Positions 19,111-29,215 of a DNA stretch of 38,894 nt are shown piece by piece (position 1 is the stretch's first letter; the number at the start of each line of letters is the position of its first letter). This stretch comes from Thermoplasmatales archaeon (lineage in GTDB: Archaea; Thermoplasmatota; Thermoplasmata; Thermoplasmatales; GCA-001856825). The notes under the pieces were generated by a model that was not told the DNA's origin, searched no databases, and saw only the letters and a list, made by a program, of their open reading frames with translations. A program made the position numbers and the translations under genes. The stretch lies in NCBI GenBank assembly GCA_014874235.1, contig JACWAC010000001.1:1-38894 (forward strand), given 5' to 3'.

Positions 19111-19152
19111 GCACTAAATTTAGTTTAGTGCCAAAAACTGAGAATTTTTATA
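19111..19152 (+). promoter_or_regulatory. Inverted repeat plus BRE/TATA promoter of the second sdh operon
   Basis: GCACTAAA-N5-TTTAGTGC (19111-19131) followed by TTTTTATA (19145-19152), about 30 nt before the TTG start. Confidence 0.62.
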
Positions 19153-19182
19153 TCGTCAAGAACTTTCTAAACAGGGATCTAT

Positions 19183-20898
19183 TTGGTAGAAATCTTCGAT
19201 TACGATTTAGTCATAATTGGTTCCGGTCTGGCAGGCCTTAGGGCATCCATAGAGGCTGCCAAAACTGGAAATGGGAAGTTGAAAATTGCTATTATTGCAA
19301 AAAATCAGCTGATGAGACCGCACTCGATTTCTGCTGAGGGTGGTTCCGCCGCAGTTCTGTACACGGACGAAGGAGATTCATTCGATCTTCACGCTTACGA
19401 TACCGTGAAGGGATCAGATTACCTGTGCGACCAGGACGTTGTCGAATATTTTGTCAGGCAGGCTCCACTAGACATCCTTGAACTTGAGCACTGGGGGATA
19501 CCCTGGGCGAGGAGGGATGACGGAAGGGTAGCGCAACGACCTTTTGGAGGACATTCATATCCAAGGGCAACTTTCGCAGCGGACAGGACTGGTTTCTACG
19601 AGGTTCACGGCCTTTACGATACGATGTTGAAATACGAGAACATCGACAAATTCCACGAGCAATTTGTCTACGATTTTATCATCGAGGACAACAAATTCAA
19701 GGGGGTAACGGCGTTTGATATTCCAACGGGAGAGATCAGGATATTCAAAGCGAGGGCTGGGATAGTTGCGACGGGTGGTCTGGGAAGATTGTTCGGTTAC
19801 ACAACTTATTCACACCTTGTCACCGGAGATGGACTTGCGATCGCACTCAGACGCGGGATGAGGCTCAAGGACATAGAGTTTGTACAGTTCCACCCGACGG
19901 GTCTGGTACCCTCGGGGATACTGATAACTGAAGGGGTGAGAGGCGACGGCGGTATACTAAGGAACGCGAAAGGGGAGAGATTCATGGAGAAATATGCTCC
20001 AACGAAAAAGGACCTCGCCCCGAGGGACATAGTATCCAGAAGCATGATGACAGAGATACTCGAGGGAAAAGGTTTCAAGGGACCAAATGGACTCGATTAC
20101 CTATTGCTGGACTTTTCTGCAATTGGTGCCGAAAAGATAAAGGAAAAACTATCACAGGTGAGAGAGATAGGGAATCACTATGTTGGATTAGACCCTGTTG
20201 ATTCACCTCTGCCGGTAAGACCATCTGCACATTACACAATGGGTGGAATTGACGTCACTCGAACGGGATTCACCGGAGTGACTGGACTCTGGGCTGCTGG
20301 AGAAGCTGCGTGCCTGTCCATTCATGGATCCAACAGACTTGGGGCCAACTCAACAAGTGAATGCGTTGTTTTTGGAAAGATAGCGGGCGAAGATTCTGCC
20401 AAGTGGCTTCTTTCCGACATCAGCACAATAAATCTTTCAGAGGGAGAGAGGTCGCATGCAGAGAATTTTGTCGCAGATGCCTACAAGGACAAGGGGGACA
20501 ACGATCCTTACGAGATTAAGAGAGTGCTCTGGTCCACGATGGACAAGGACGCTTATGTCTTCAGGAACGAGAGGGACCTTACAGAGGGATTGAAAATTAT
20601 AAAAGGTCTCATAGATAGGAGTGGAAAAATTTCAATTTCTGAGAAGGGCAATGTGTATAACCAGAACCTCATCGCATCTCTCGAGATGAAGAATCTGGTT
20701 GAGCTTGCTGAGGTCGTCGTGAACAGCGCTCTTGAGAGAAGGGAGAGCAGGGGTTCCCATTTCAGAACAGACTATCCCAAGAGGGACGATGAGAATTATC
20801 TCAAACACACAATCGCTCAGAGAGCCAATGGTGGTTTGCAGATCACCTACCGTCCGGTCACGCTTACAAAGTGGAAGCCTGAGGCGAGGGTCTACTGA
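19183..20898 (+). CDS. sdhA: Succinate dehydrogenase flavoprotein (copy 2)
   Basis: IIGSGLAG, RPHSISAEGG, DTVKGSDYLCDQD, QRPFGGH, QFHPTG, LITEGVRGDGG, HYTMGG, HGSNRLGANS. Confidence 0.96.
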   Translation: MVEIFDYDLVIIGSGLAGLRASIEAAKTGNGKLKIAIIAKNQLMRPHSISAEGGSAAVLYTDEGDSFDLHAYDTVKGSDYLCDQDVVEYFVRQAPLDILELEHWGIPWARRDDGRVAQRPFGGHSYPRATFAADRTGFYEVHGLYDTMLKYENIDKFHEQFVYDFIIEDNKFKGVTAFDIPTGEIRIFKARAGIVATGGLGRLFGYTTYSHLVTGDGLAIALRRGMRLKDIEFVQFHPTGLVPSGILITEGVRGDGGILRNAKGERFMEKYAPTKKDLAPRDIVSRSMMTEILEGKGFKGPNGLDYLLLDFSAIGAEKIKEKLSQVREIGNHYVGLDPVDSPLPVRPSAHYTMGGIDVTRTGFTGVTGLWAAGEAACLSIHGSNRLGANSTSECVVFGKIAGEDSAKWLLSDISTINLSEGERSHAENFVADAYKDKGDNDPYEIKRVLWSTMDKDAYVFRNERDLTEGLKIIKGLIDRSGKISISEKGNVYNQNLIASLEMKNLVELAEVVVNSALERRESRGSHFRTDYPKRDDENYLKHTIAQRANGGLQITYRPVTLTKWKPEARVY

Positions 20899-20907
20899 GG
20901 TGATATT

Positions 20908-21357
20908 ATGACGATCGAAAACAAGAAAGGATGGATTTCGTGGTTTAACCCCTTCAAGTACGGAACAGACAGATGGATGTACGCTCTCCACAGGTTGACG
21001 GGAATTGCACTGGGCCTTTACCTAATAGCTCACGTTTGGGAAACATCAAACATACTGAATGGACCTGTTACATGGAACAAAATAATGGTCGACCTAGATT
21101 ATCCATTCGGTGCACACTACGGTCCGTATATTCTATCACTGATATTGCTGGTGGCTGTATATCACGCAATGAATGGTATTAGGCTGACGATAGTGGAAAA
21201 TGGCCTTATGCTGCCGAAGCCGTACAGACCCGAGTTCCCATACAAAGCTAAATCCCTCAGGGGACTGAACAATCTCCTCAAGATCGTCCTGGGTATCTTT
21301 ATGATAGTGATCAGCATTGTTGGGGTATACTACATTTTCACGGGGGCGGTTCTGTGA
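20908..21357 (+). CDS. sdhC: Succinate dehydrogenase cytochrome b subunit
   Basis: ALHRLTG, LIAH, YHAMNGIR; three TM helices; GAGGTGA RBS upstream. Confidence 0.9.
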   Translation: MTIENKKGWISWFNPFKYGTDRWMYALHRLTGIALGLYLIAHVWETSNILNGPVTWNKIMVDLDYPFGAHYGPYILSLILLVAVYHAMNGIRLTIVENGLMLPKPYRPEFPYKAKSLRGLNNLLKIVLGIFMIVISIVGVYYIFTGAVL

Positions 21358-21755
21358 GAGAGTCTCAGATAATGTTCATGCAGTACCTGACGGGATTGCT
21401 CATAGTGGTCTTTGGATCTTTCCATTTCCTGCTGATTAGCGTACTATCCCCAGCTCCAGACAAGATTCTTTACATATACAACAGTTCAACCACCGTACAC
21501 GCACTCGTAGGGGGAACTTTGTTCTACGCCAATGTAAAGGCAGTATACACCTCACTGGCGTGGGGATCTGTGCTAGAGCTGCTACTTACTTTCCTGGTGT
21601 TTCACGTTTTCAATGGATTTAGGACGATACTCTCCGAGCAATTCCCCGGAGGACGGGCTGAGAAGTTCATCACCTATTCCTTGCTCATAATCGCACTGAT
21701 CGTTTTCATATGGGGATCGAGAACTGTTGTAGTTGCACTGAACGGAGGTCTCTGA
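21354..21755 (+). CDS. sdhD: Succinate dehydrogenase hydrophobic anchor subunit
   Basis: QYLTG, GSFHF, FHVFNGFRTIL; three TM helices; GTGA overlap with sdhC. Confidence 0.88.
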   Translation: MRESQIMFMQYLTGLLIVVFGSFHFLLISVLSPAPDKILYIYNSSTTVHALVGGTLFYANVKAVYTSLAWGSVLELLLTFLVFHVFNGFRTILSEQFPGGRAEKFITYSLLIIALIVFIWGSRTVVVALNGGL

Positions 21756-21756
21756 T

Positions 21757-22560
21757 ATGCAGGAAATTGCACTCAAAGGATTTGGAGAAACTGTGAAGAC
21801 GGTGACCTTCCGGATAAGAAGGTATGACCCAGAGAAGCAGGAACTTCCAAAGTATATGGAATACAAGATCCCGGTCCAGATGGGAATGACCGTTCTTGAC
21901 GGAATACTCTACATAAAGGAGCACTTGGACCACTCACTCTCCACCAGATACTCTTGCAGAATGGGAATATGCGGTTCTTGCGGTATGATCATTAACGGCA
22001 AGGAGAAACTCGCATGCCAGACGCAGATTCTAGAGCTTGGAAAAGACCTGATAAAGGTCGATCCCATGGGCAATTACGGAATCGTGAAAGACCTGGTTCC
22101 GGATCTCTCAAATCTATTCAGGAATCACGAGAAGGTGAAACCGTACATAATCAGGGAAGAGGAGGAACCGAAGAGCGAGTACCTTCAGACTCCAGCCCAG
22201 AGAGAAGAGTATGCGATGTTCACCGACTGCATTCTCTGCGGTATGTGTCTATCCGCCTGCCCAACCAGCGCCACGGACGAGTTATACTTGGGTCCCCAGG
22301 CACTGGCGCAGGGGTTCAGGTACATTTCGGACAACAGGGACCTGGGCTTCAACGAGAGACTGAACGTTCTTGACTCGAAACAAGGAGTGTGGAGATGCCA
22401 CTTTTCTGGAGCATGTTCAGAGGTCTGTCCAAAAGGGGTGGACCCTGCACTAGCCATTCAACTCCTACGACAGGTGATGACTACAAACGTGTTTGTCAAG
22501 TTCAAGCAAAAAGGAACGGCCAACGCACCAGAAAGAAAGTCGGTATCAGGCGTTTCTTGA
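21757..22560 (+). CDS. sdhB: Succinate dehydrogenase iron-sulfur subunit (copy 2)
   Basis: RYSCRMGICGSC...LAC (2Fe-2S), CILCGMCLSACP (4Fe-4S), CHFSGACSEVCP (3Fe-4S). Confidence 0.96.
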   Translation: MQEIALKGFGETVKTVTFRIRRYDPEKQELPKYMEYKIPVQMGMTVLDGILYIKEHLDHSLSTRYSCRMGICGSCGMIINGKEKLACQTQILELGKDLIKVDPMGNYGIVKDLVPDLSNLFRNHEKVKPYIIREEEEPKSEYLQTPAQREEYAMFTDCILCGMCLSACPTSATDELYLGPQALAQGFRYISDNRDLGFNERLNVLDSKQGVWRCHFSGACSEVCPKGVDPALAIQLLRQVMTTNVFVKFKQKGTANAPERKSVSGVS

Positions 22561-22621
22561 TGCCGAATTTTTCAAGCAGAAACCAGATAACATATAAATT
22601 TGATAATTCACTTGAGGATGG

Positions 22622-22993
22622 ATGAGCATGACCCCTGAGTTGGCTGCCCTTGCTCTGGCAGTCGTTATTGTACCTATAATAATTGCGATACTGCTCGGAA
22701 CGGCACATCACTTTTCCCCTAAAGCATACGGAAAATACACTCACGATACCTATGAGTGCGGAGAGGTCTCCGTTGGTGACTTTCAGTCGCCCCTGCCACT
22801 TCAGTATTACTTCTTCGTAATGGCATTCGTAGTCTTCGATGTCGACTTCATCCTTCTGCTTCCATGGGCAGGTTCCGTCAGAGCACTCGGAACTGGAATC
22901 TTCCTCGACGTGACTCTGTTTATCGCCATAATGCTTGCTGGACTGTTATATGCATCGAAGAAGGGATACATGAGGTGGTCGAGTGTCGGATAA
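22622..22993 (+). CDS. nuoA: Complex I-like subunit A
   Basis: [35 protein letters not shown]. Confidence 0.94.
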   Translation: MSMTPELAALALAVVIVPIIIAILLGTAHHFSPKAYGKYTHDTYECGEVSVGDFQSPLPLQYYFFVMAFVVFDVDFILLLPWAGSVRALGTGIFLDVTLFIAIMLAGLLYASKKGYMRWSSVG

Positions 22994-23441
22994 TATTCTC
23001 GTTACTACCCTCGATGAGGCTCTCAAGTGGGGAACGGGCAAATCGCTCTGGCCTTTCACCTTCGGACTCGCATGCTGCGCTATAGAAATGATGAGTGCTA
23101 TGGGCTCAGATTACGACTGGGCTAGATTTGGTTCTGACGTCTTCAGGGACTCGCCGAGACAATCCGACCTAATGATAGTTTCTGGAACCGTCACTAAGAA
23201 GATGGCCCCAAGGATAAGGAGACTCTACGATCAAATGGCCTTCCCGAAGTTCGTCATCTCCATGGGAGCCTGCGCTTCAGCAGGGGGCCCCTACGTGAGA
23301 GGTTACTCCGTAGTAGATGGCGTAGACCAGGTAGTGCCCGTGGATGTATATGTCTACGGATGCCCTCCAAGACCCGAGGCACTGATACAGGCCCTCAAGA
23401 TGCTCCAGGACAGGATCGTTGCGGGGAAGGTGAAACATTGA
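22983..23441 (+). CDS. nuoB: Complex I-like subunit B
   Basis: [39 protein letters not shown]. Confidence 0.97.
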   Translation: MSDNILVTTLDEALKWGTGKSLWPFTFGLACCAIEMMSAMGSDYDWARFGSDVFRDSPRQSDLMIVSGTVTKKMAPRIRRLYDQMAFPKFVISMGACASAGGPYVRGYSVVDGVDQVVPVDVYVYGCPPRPEALIQALKMLQDRIVAGKVKH

Positions 23442-23893
23442 TCCCAATAGAGAGCGAATCGACCACGAAGAATGGGATAAAGATAGTCTACGTTGCAAAG
23501 GAAAACATACTTCCCTTCCTGACGGAGAAGAAACTAGAGGGTTTCGACACCCTGCTGATGATATCTGGAGTTGACTACAAAGACCATCTGGAGGTGCTGT
23601 ACCATCTCCTCTCATCGACCAACAGTTCCCGCCTGATCGTCAAGGCAAAGACAAGCGAGGAGGTCGAATCTGTGACTTCACTCTGGAAGGGAGCGGACTG
23701 GCACGAGAGGGAGACGTGGGATCTGGTTGGAATCAAGTTCAAGAACCATCCAAACCTGAAGAGAATTCTCCTTTCAGAGGGATGGGTTGGCCATCCGCTG
23801 AGGAAGGATTACCCGATGGACAAGAAGCAGTTCGTCAACCTTGCTGATGATGGCGAGGACAGAGTTTCGTACGAGAAGACGGAGGGGTATTGA
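23438..23893 (+). CDS. nuoC: Complex I-like subunit C
   Basis: [40 protein letters not shown]; start set at the TTG overlapping the nuoB stop. Confidence 0.94.
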   Translation: MIPIESESTTKNGIKIVYVAKENILPFLTEKKLEGFDTLLMISGVDYKDHLEVLYHLLSSTNSSRLIVKAKTSEEVESVTSLWKGADWHERETWDLVGIKFKNHPNLKRILLSEGWVGHPLRKDYPMDKKQFVNLADDGEDRVSYEKTEGY

Positions 23894-23894
23894 G

Positions 23895-25001
23895 ATGGAA
23901 GATAAGGTAATAGAGGTAAACTTCGGACCTCAGCACCCTTCGACTCACGGGGTCCTTAGAATCAAGGTAAAGCTGGACGGAGAAATCATAGTAGAGGCAC
24001 AGCCCGTTATCGGTTATCTGCACAGGAATGCGGAGAAGCTCGCAGAGATGGGTGGATACCCTAAGGGAATGATCTACATAGACAGGCTCGACTACGTTGC
24101 TGCCCTTAACATGGAACTGGGATATGTACTGGCAGTAGAGGACCTGATGGGCGTTCAGGTGCCGGAGAGAGCCCAGTGGATCAGGATGATGATGGTAGAG
24201 CTGAACAGGGAAGCATCACACCTCATCTGGTTGGGAACACACGGACTGGATATGGGAATGCTCACGCCTTTCTTCTACTGCTTCAGGGAGAGGGAAAGGA
24301 TCCTGAGAATACTAGACGAAGTGACGGGAAGCAGACTGCTCTATAACTATTTCGCAATAGGTGGGATCTACTCCGATGTCACCCCTAAAGCCTTCGAGAT
24401 GATCAGGACGTGGACGGAGGATTTCGTGAAGAAAATGGAGGAGATCCAGTCCATACTTGGGAAGAGTTATATCTACGTCAGCAGAACGAAGGATGTCGGA
24501 AAGTTAACAGCAGAAGATGTGCTCTCTTACGGCGTCACCGGACCAATGCAGAGGGCATCTGGAATCAAGAGAGACGTCAGGAAGGACGCTCCATATCTGT
24601 TCTATGACAAGGTAAACTTCGAAATTCCAACCAGGACTGAGGGAGATGTCTATGCGAGATTCCTGGTAAGAATAGAAGAGATGAGACAGAGTGCAAGCAT
24701 CGTTAAACAGGTCCTGGAGAAGATACCTCAGGGAGAATTCTACAACAAGAAGTACTCCAAGCCGATGCTCGTCAGACTCAAAACAACCGGGGAATCTTAC
24801 GTTCCGACAGAATCTCCAAAGGGTGAGTTCGCGATCCATCTGATAGGCGATGGTTCTTCGATTCCATACAGGGTGAGAATCAGGAGCCCGAGTTTCGCAA
24901 ACCTTTCATCCATACCCACGATGCTCAAGGGATACAAGATAGCGGACCTTACCGCAGCCGTGAGTTCGATAGACCCGGTATTCGGGGAGGTGGATAGATG
25001 A
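23895..25001 (+). CDS. nuoD: Complex I-like subunit D
   Basis: NFGPQHPSTHGVLR, GYLHR, DRLDY, ESPKGE, DPVFGEVDR; no NiFe CxxC motifs. GGAGGGG RBS before ATG 23895. Confidence 0.97.
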   Translation: MEDKVIEVNFGPQHPSTHGVLRIKVKLDGEIIVEAQPVIGYLHRNAEKLAEMGGYPKGMIYIDRLDYVAALNMELGYVLAVEDLMGVQVPERAQWIRMMMVELNREASHLIWLGTHGLDMGMLTPFFYCFRERERILRILDEVTGSRLLYNYFAIGGIYSDVTPKAFEMIRTWTEDFVKKMEEIQSILGKSYIYVSRTKDVGKLTAEDVLSYGVTGPMQRASGIKRDVRKDAPYLFYDKVNFEIPTRTEGDVYARFLVRIEEMRQSASIVKQVLEKIPQGEFYNKKYSKPMLVRLKTTGESYVPTESPKGEFAIHLIGDGSSIPYRVRIRSPSFANLSSIPTMLKGYKIADLTAAVSSIDPVFGEVDR

Positions 25002-26077
25002 ACCTTTTCTTCTTCCTGATGAGCATTCTGTACGGAATTGTGAAGTTCCTTCACATCAATTTCATCCCATTCAAGATCGCTGGGTCCCCCGTTGGATTAT
25101 GGATTGCATATTTTATCGTTGCAGTAGTGGAGGTAGTCCTCGTATTCGTTCTCTCATTGGTTGCCGTCATTGTGATCATCTACGTCTTCAGGAAGTACAT
25201 GGCAGATGCACAGAACAGGATAGGACCTAACAGAGTTGGTCCGTGGGGAACTCTTCAGCTGATCGCTGATGTCTTCAAGCTCCTTCAGAAGCAGGACATA
25301 ATACCGACAGCGGCAGACAGGACGGCCTACAAGGTCGCCCCGTATCTGGTTTTCACTCCTGTAATCCTCGGATTCATACTCATTCCATTCGGGAGTGTAT
25401 CTATTCTCAACCTGATGGTAGTGAATTTCAACTACACAATACTGTTCCTGATCGCTTTCATGACTATTGCCCCCGTCGGTGAAATAATCGGTGGGCTGGC
25501 ATCTCACAACAAGTTCTCACTGTTCGGGGCACTGAGGTCAGCAGCCCAGGACATGGGATTCGAGGTCCCCATGTTGATATCCCTGATCTCGGTCATCATA
25601 CTTGCCGGCAGCTACAACGCCAACGACATCGTTACTGCGCAGAGGTTCATTCCTTTCATCGTACCGGAAATCCTGGGATTCATAGTCTTCTTCCTTGCAA
25701 TGATCGGGAGGCAGTCAATTCCTCCCTTCGATCTTCCTGAAAGCGGCAGTGAGCTTGTTAGCGGATTCTCGACCGAATACAGCGGCATGAGGTATGGAAT
25801 ATTCTACATGGGAAACTTCGGCTTCATGGCCCTGTCTGCGTTCGTGGTATCAGTGGTCTATCTCGGAGGATGGGAAGGACCCATTTTCCCGGGCACCATA
25901 TGGCTTGTAGTCAAGGGTGCAGTCTTCATCTTCATATTCCTGCTTACCTGGATCTCGCTGGGAAGGGTCAGGATCGACCACCTTCTGCTAATGGGCTGGA
26001 AGTACCTTCTTCCGCTAAGCGTCATAAACCTTCTGATAAGCGCAGGAATAGCTCTATTCTTCGGGGGGTTGTTCTAG
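24998..26077 (+). CDS. nuoH: Complex I-like subunit H
   Basis: QNRIGPNRVGPWG, QLIADVFKL, GALRSAAQ, PFDLPE, TEYSG. Confidence 0.96.
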   Translation: MNLFFFLMSILYGIVKFLHINFIPFKIAGSPVGLWIAYFIVAVVEVVLVFVLSLVAVIVIIYVFRKYMADAQNRIGPNRVGPWGTLQLIADVFKLLQKQDIIPTAADRTAYKVAPYLVFTPVILGFILIPFGSVSILNLMVVNFNYTILFLIAFMTIAPVGEIIGGLASHNKFSLFGALRSAAQDMGFEVPMLISLISVIILAGSYNANDIVTAQRFIPFIVPEILGFIVFFLAMIGRQSIPPFDLPESGSELVSGFSTEYSGMRYGIFYMGNFGFMALSAFVVSVVYLGGWEGPIFPGTIWLVVKGAVFIFIFLLTWISLGRVRIDHLLLMGWKYLLPLSVINLLISAGIALFFGGLF

Positions 26078-26551
26078 ATGACTGATTCCCAAAAGTTTCC
26101 GGGACCGATACAGGGCATAGGCGGTATATTAAAAGGCGTCTGGACCGTGTTCTTGCAGGGATTCAAACCCAAGGTAACAAGACAGGTCCCCGAGGAGAAA
26201 CTCGAATATCCCACAAGAACTACGGGCAGGGTCTTCCTGAATGTCGATACGTGCATCGGGTGCACGCTCTGCGATCAGATATGCCCGAACGGCACTATAC
26301 GCATGGTGGATTTCCATCACGACAAGAAGCAGGAATTCGAAAAGAAATACCCCAACAAGAGGGAGACATATCCGAGCGTGGACGTTTCTACTTGCATTCA
26401 CTGCAATCTATGCGAGGAGATATGCCCTACGGGGGCAATAACACTCGAACCGGAAGTGGATGAAGTCCACTTCATCAGAAAGAACACAAGATATACACCC
26501 GAGCAACTCGGGAAGAAAGAGGCAGAACTCTGGGGAGAGGAGAGACAATGA
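26078..26551 (+). CDS. nuoI: Complex I-like subunit I (2x4Fe-4S)
   Basis: CIGCTLCDQICP and CIHCNLCEEICP. Confidence 0.95.
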   Translation: MTDSQKFPGPIQGIGGILKGVWTVFLQGFKPKVTRQVPEEKLEYPTRTTGRVFLNVDTCIGCTLCDQICPNGTIRMVDFHHDKKQEFEKKYPNKRETYPSVDVSTCIHCNLCEEICPTGAITLEPEVDEVHFIRKNTRYTPEQLGKKEAELWGEERQ

Positions 26552-26790
26552 TCATCTTTTACATCCTTTCTATAATGGCTATAGTGGCTGCGTTGCTGGC
26601 GGCCTCAAACAAGAATCTTCTCCATTCTACACTATGGCTGACGTTCCTGGTAGTGGACATAGCCGGAATATTCTTCTACCTTGAGAATTACTTCATTTCG
26701 GCCATTCAAATTCTGGTCTATGCCGGTGCGATAATCACGTTGATCCTCACTTCCGTGATGCTTTCAAGGAGGTACCAGGATGCGGAATAA
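26548..26790 (+). CDS. nuoJ: Complex I-like subunit J, N-terminal part (J1)
   Basis: NLLHSTLWL, FISAIQILVYAGAI. Confidence 0.92.
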   Translation: MIIFYILSIMAIVAALLAASNKNLLHSTLWLTFLVVDIAGIFFYLENYFISAIQILVYAGAIITLILTSVMLSRRYQDAE

Positions 26791-27019
26791 GTTTGCCCTC
26801 ATCCTATCCGTCCTCCTATTCCTGCTGATGCTTACGTTCGTCCAGCTTGGAGCTTTCCCGAATGGGACTATTCCGGTGAATACTGGGACTTCGGGTAGTG
26901 CCGGAATCACTCAATCTCTGTTCACGACCTACCTGCTTCCATTCGAGATTGTGACTTTCCTTCTAGTGGCAGCCATGCTAGGTGCAATGTACCTTGGTGA
27001 GAGGAGTGATAACAAATGA
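26780..27019 (+). CDS. nuoJ: Complex I-like subunit J, C-terminal part (J2)
   Basis: LFTTYLLPFEIVTFLLVAAMLGAMYL. Confidence 0.9.
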   Translation: MRNKFALILSVLLFLLMLTFVQLGAFPNGTIPVNTGTSGSAGITQSLFTTYLLPFEIVTFLLVAAMLGAMYLGERSDNK

Positions 27020-27345
27020 ACCTATCTGGCATAATTTCAGCTCCCATGAACATAGGAGCGGTAGAGTTTCTATCTATCGCAATACTAGCAATTGGGATCT
27101 ATTCGTTCCTGAGTTCAAGAACAGTTGTAAAGGCACTGATATCTGTTGAAATTATGATTAACGCTGGACTTATCAATCTCATAGGCGCATCCAGCTATTA
27201 TGGTAATGCAGGTGGGGCTGATATGACTCTGTTCGTACTTGTCATTGCAGCAGCAGAAACTGTCGTGGCCATGGCCCTGTTCGTCGCAGTCTTCAGGAAG
27301 AAAGGTTCTGCGGGACTGGATGTCCTAAAACTCTTGAGGTGGTAA
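27016..27345 (+). CDS. nuoK: Complex I-like subunit K
   Basis: LISVEIMINA, IAAAETVVAMA, three TM helices. Confidence 0.94.
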   Translation: MNLSGIISAPMNIGAVEFLSIAILAIGIYSFLSSRTVVKALISVEIMINAGLINLIGASSYYGNAGGADMTLFVLVIAAAETVVAMALFVAVFRKKGSAGLDVLKLLRW

Positions 27346-27346
27346 A

Positions 27347-29215
27347 ATGGATCTATCTGTTCTTTTGACTTTCCTGATCTTCGGACTCCCGCTGATCGGA
27401 TTCCCGTTCGTGATAGGCATCGGTTTCATCAGGAAGAATTATTCAATGTACCTGGGGACGTCACTGATATTCGCGTCCTTCCTGATTTCTCTCTACGTAT
27501 TCTTCAATTACACGGTTAATGGAGTGGTCATACAATCCAGCTTCAACTGGTTGCCTGGACTTCCTGCGGTCATCCCAGTCGGAGTGTACGCAGACAATCT
27601 TTCGATGATAATGGCACTGATGGTATCCTTTGTTGGATTCCTGATCATACTCTTTTCTGTTGGATACATGAAGGATGACCCTAACAGGCACGTCTTCTTT
27701 GGGGAGATGGTTCTCTTCACGTCCTCGATGCTCGGGCTAGTGCTCTCCTCTTCGCTGCTGATGCTCTTCATATTCTGGGAACTGGTGGGTCTGTGCTCCT
27801 ATCTGCTCATAGGATTCTGGTACTACAAGCCGAACGCGGCCTCTGCTGCAAAGAAGGCCTTCATCGTCACAAGGGTCGGAGACGTCTTCTTCATAGCGGG
27901 AATAGGCGCTGCAATCCTGTATTCATCGGGAGGAGCGCTATCTGTAGCTGGACTCGGTTCCATACATCTGGTCTGGCAGAAAACGATAGTCTCGTTGCTG
28001 CTATTCGGCGGAGCCATTGGAAAGAGTGCGCAATTCCCACTGCACGTGTGGATACCAGATGCAATGGAGGGCCCAACGACAGTTTCTGCACTCATCCACG
28101 CGGCCACGATGGTTACCGCTGGAGTGTACCTGATAGCGAGGACCTATACCATCTTCACTCCGACTTCCCTTACGGTGGTCCTGTACGTCGGAGTGGTGAC
28201 GGTGATTCTCTCCGGACTGATAGGCCTGGTGGTCAACGATATCAAGAGGATACTTGCATACTCTACGATCGGTCAAATAGGATACATGGTTGCAGCTCTC
28301 GGTCTGGGACTGGGGGCAACCAGCATAGGCCTTTCCATATATCAGCTGGAAGCACACGCCTTCTTCAAGGCACTCCTGTTCCTCACTGCTGGATCGATTC
28401 TCCACGCAGTAATGAATGTCAGGGACATCAACAAGATGGGAGGACTGTGGAGGAAGATGCCCGTGACGGTAACGGCCATGTTCTTCGGAGCGCTTGCACT
28501 ATCGGGATTCCCCGGTCTTGCTGGATTCTTCAGCAAGGATAGCATAATTTCGGCGAGCTATGGTGTCTCAATCTTTGCCTGGGTTTTACTTGCAATAGGA
28601 GGTTTCCTTACTGCGCTCTATGCGTTCAGGATGTTCTTCAGAGTCGCACTCGGACAACCGAGAAGCAACGCCGCGGAGCATGCACACGAGTCTGGCTGGG
28701 TAATGCTCATTCCTGTTGTCATACTTGCAGCATTCAGCGTTATATTTGGAGTGTTCCAGCAGGGGTTCTATAATTTCCTGGAGAACCCACCAGCTGCCCA
28801 TTTATTCGGAATAGCGCCGCTCACTACGTTGGACGTCACGCCAGTGATACTTATGCTGGCAGCTATAGGGATAGCGTACTACGCATGGGGAAGGAACTCT
28901 TCTCTCCCGTCGACGGTCACGAACGGTGCGAGGGACCTTTACCTGCTGGTCAAGAACAAGTTCTTCATTGATGTACTCTTCACCAACGTCATCGCAGAGA
29001 GGGGCGTGTTGGGACTCTCGGCAGTTTCAGATGGGTTCGAGAGGAGGGCAATAGGCGGACTGGTGGATGCGTCTGGAAATCTCTTCGAGAACTCCGGGAA
29101 GGTTCTGAGAAAGATTCAGACTGGATTGGCAAGACAATATGCCATGATAGTTCTTATCGGACTGATACTCGCTCTTATCCTCCTGAGGATATTCATTCTT
29201 TACGGGGTGATATGA
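27347..29215 (+). CDS. nuoL: Complex I-like subunit L
   Basis: FWELVGLCSYLLIGFW, KKAFIVTRVGD, GKSAQFPLHVWIPDAMEGPTTVSALIHAATMV, HAFFKALLF. Confidence 0.97.
   Translation: MDLSVLLTFLIFGLPLIGFPFVIGIGFIRKNYSMYLGTSLIFASFLISLYVFFNYTVNGVVIQSSFNWLPGLPAVIPVGVYADNLSMIMALMVSFVGFLIILFSVGYMKDDPNRHVFFGEMVLFTSSMLGLVLSSSLLMLFIFWELVGLCSYLLIGFWYYKPNAASAAKKAFIVTRVGDVFFIAGIGAAILYSSGGALSVAGLGSIHLVWQKTIVSLLLFGGAIGKSAQFPLHVWIPDAMEGPTTVSALIHAATMVTAGVYLIARTYTIFTPTSLTVVLYVGVVTVILSGLIGLVVNDIKRILAYSTIGQIGYMVAALGLGLGATSIGLSIYQLEAHAFFKALLFLTAGSILHAVMNVRDINKMGGLWRKMPVTVTAMFFGALALSGFPGLAGFFSKDSIISASYGVSIFAWVLLAIGGFLTALYAFRMFFRVALGQPRSNAAEHAHESGWVMLIPVVILAAFSVIFGVFQQGFYNFLENPPAAHLFGIAPLTTLDVTPVILMLAAIGIAYYAWGRNSSLPSTVTNGARDLYLLVKNKFFIDVLFTNVIAERGVLGLSAVSDGFERRAIGGLVDASGNLFENSGKVLRKIQTGLARQYAMIVLIGLILALILLRIFILYGVI

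Noticed and set aside
18876..19241. 121-aa ORF in the track
   Set aside because: Shadow frame that crosses the promoter and overlaps sdhA; the 56-aa ORF at 18883-19053 fits better.
23895..25001. Membrane-bound NiFe hydrogenase large subunit
   Set aside because: No N- or C-terminal CxxC motifs; quinone-site motifs of NuoD are present.
26548..27019. nuoJ as a frameshifted pseudogene
   Set aside because: Both halves have proper starts and an RBS (GGAGG before the second); split nuoJ is known in archaea.
27793..28542. 249-aa alternative-frame ORF inside nuoL, and similar nested or antisense ORFs across the window
   Set aside because: Fully overlap well-supported genes and have no motifs; these are codon-bias shadows.
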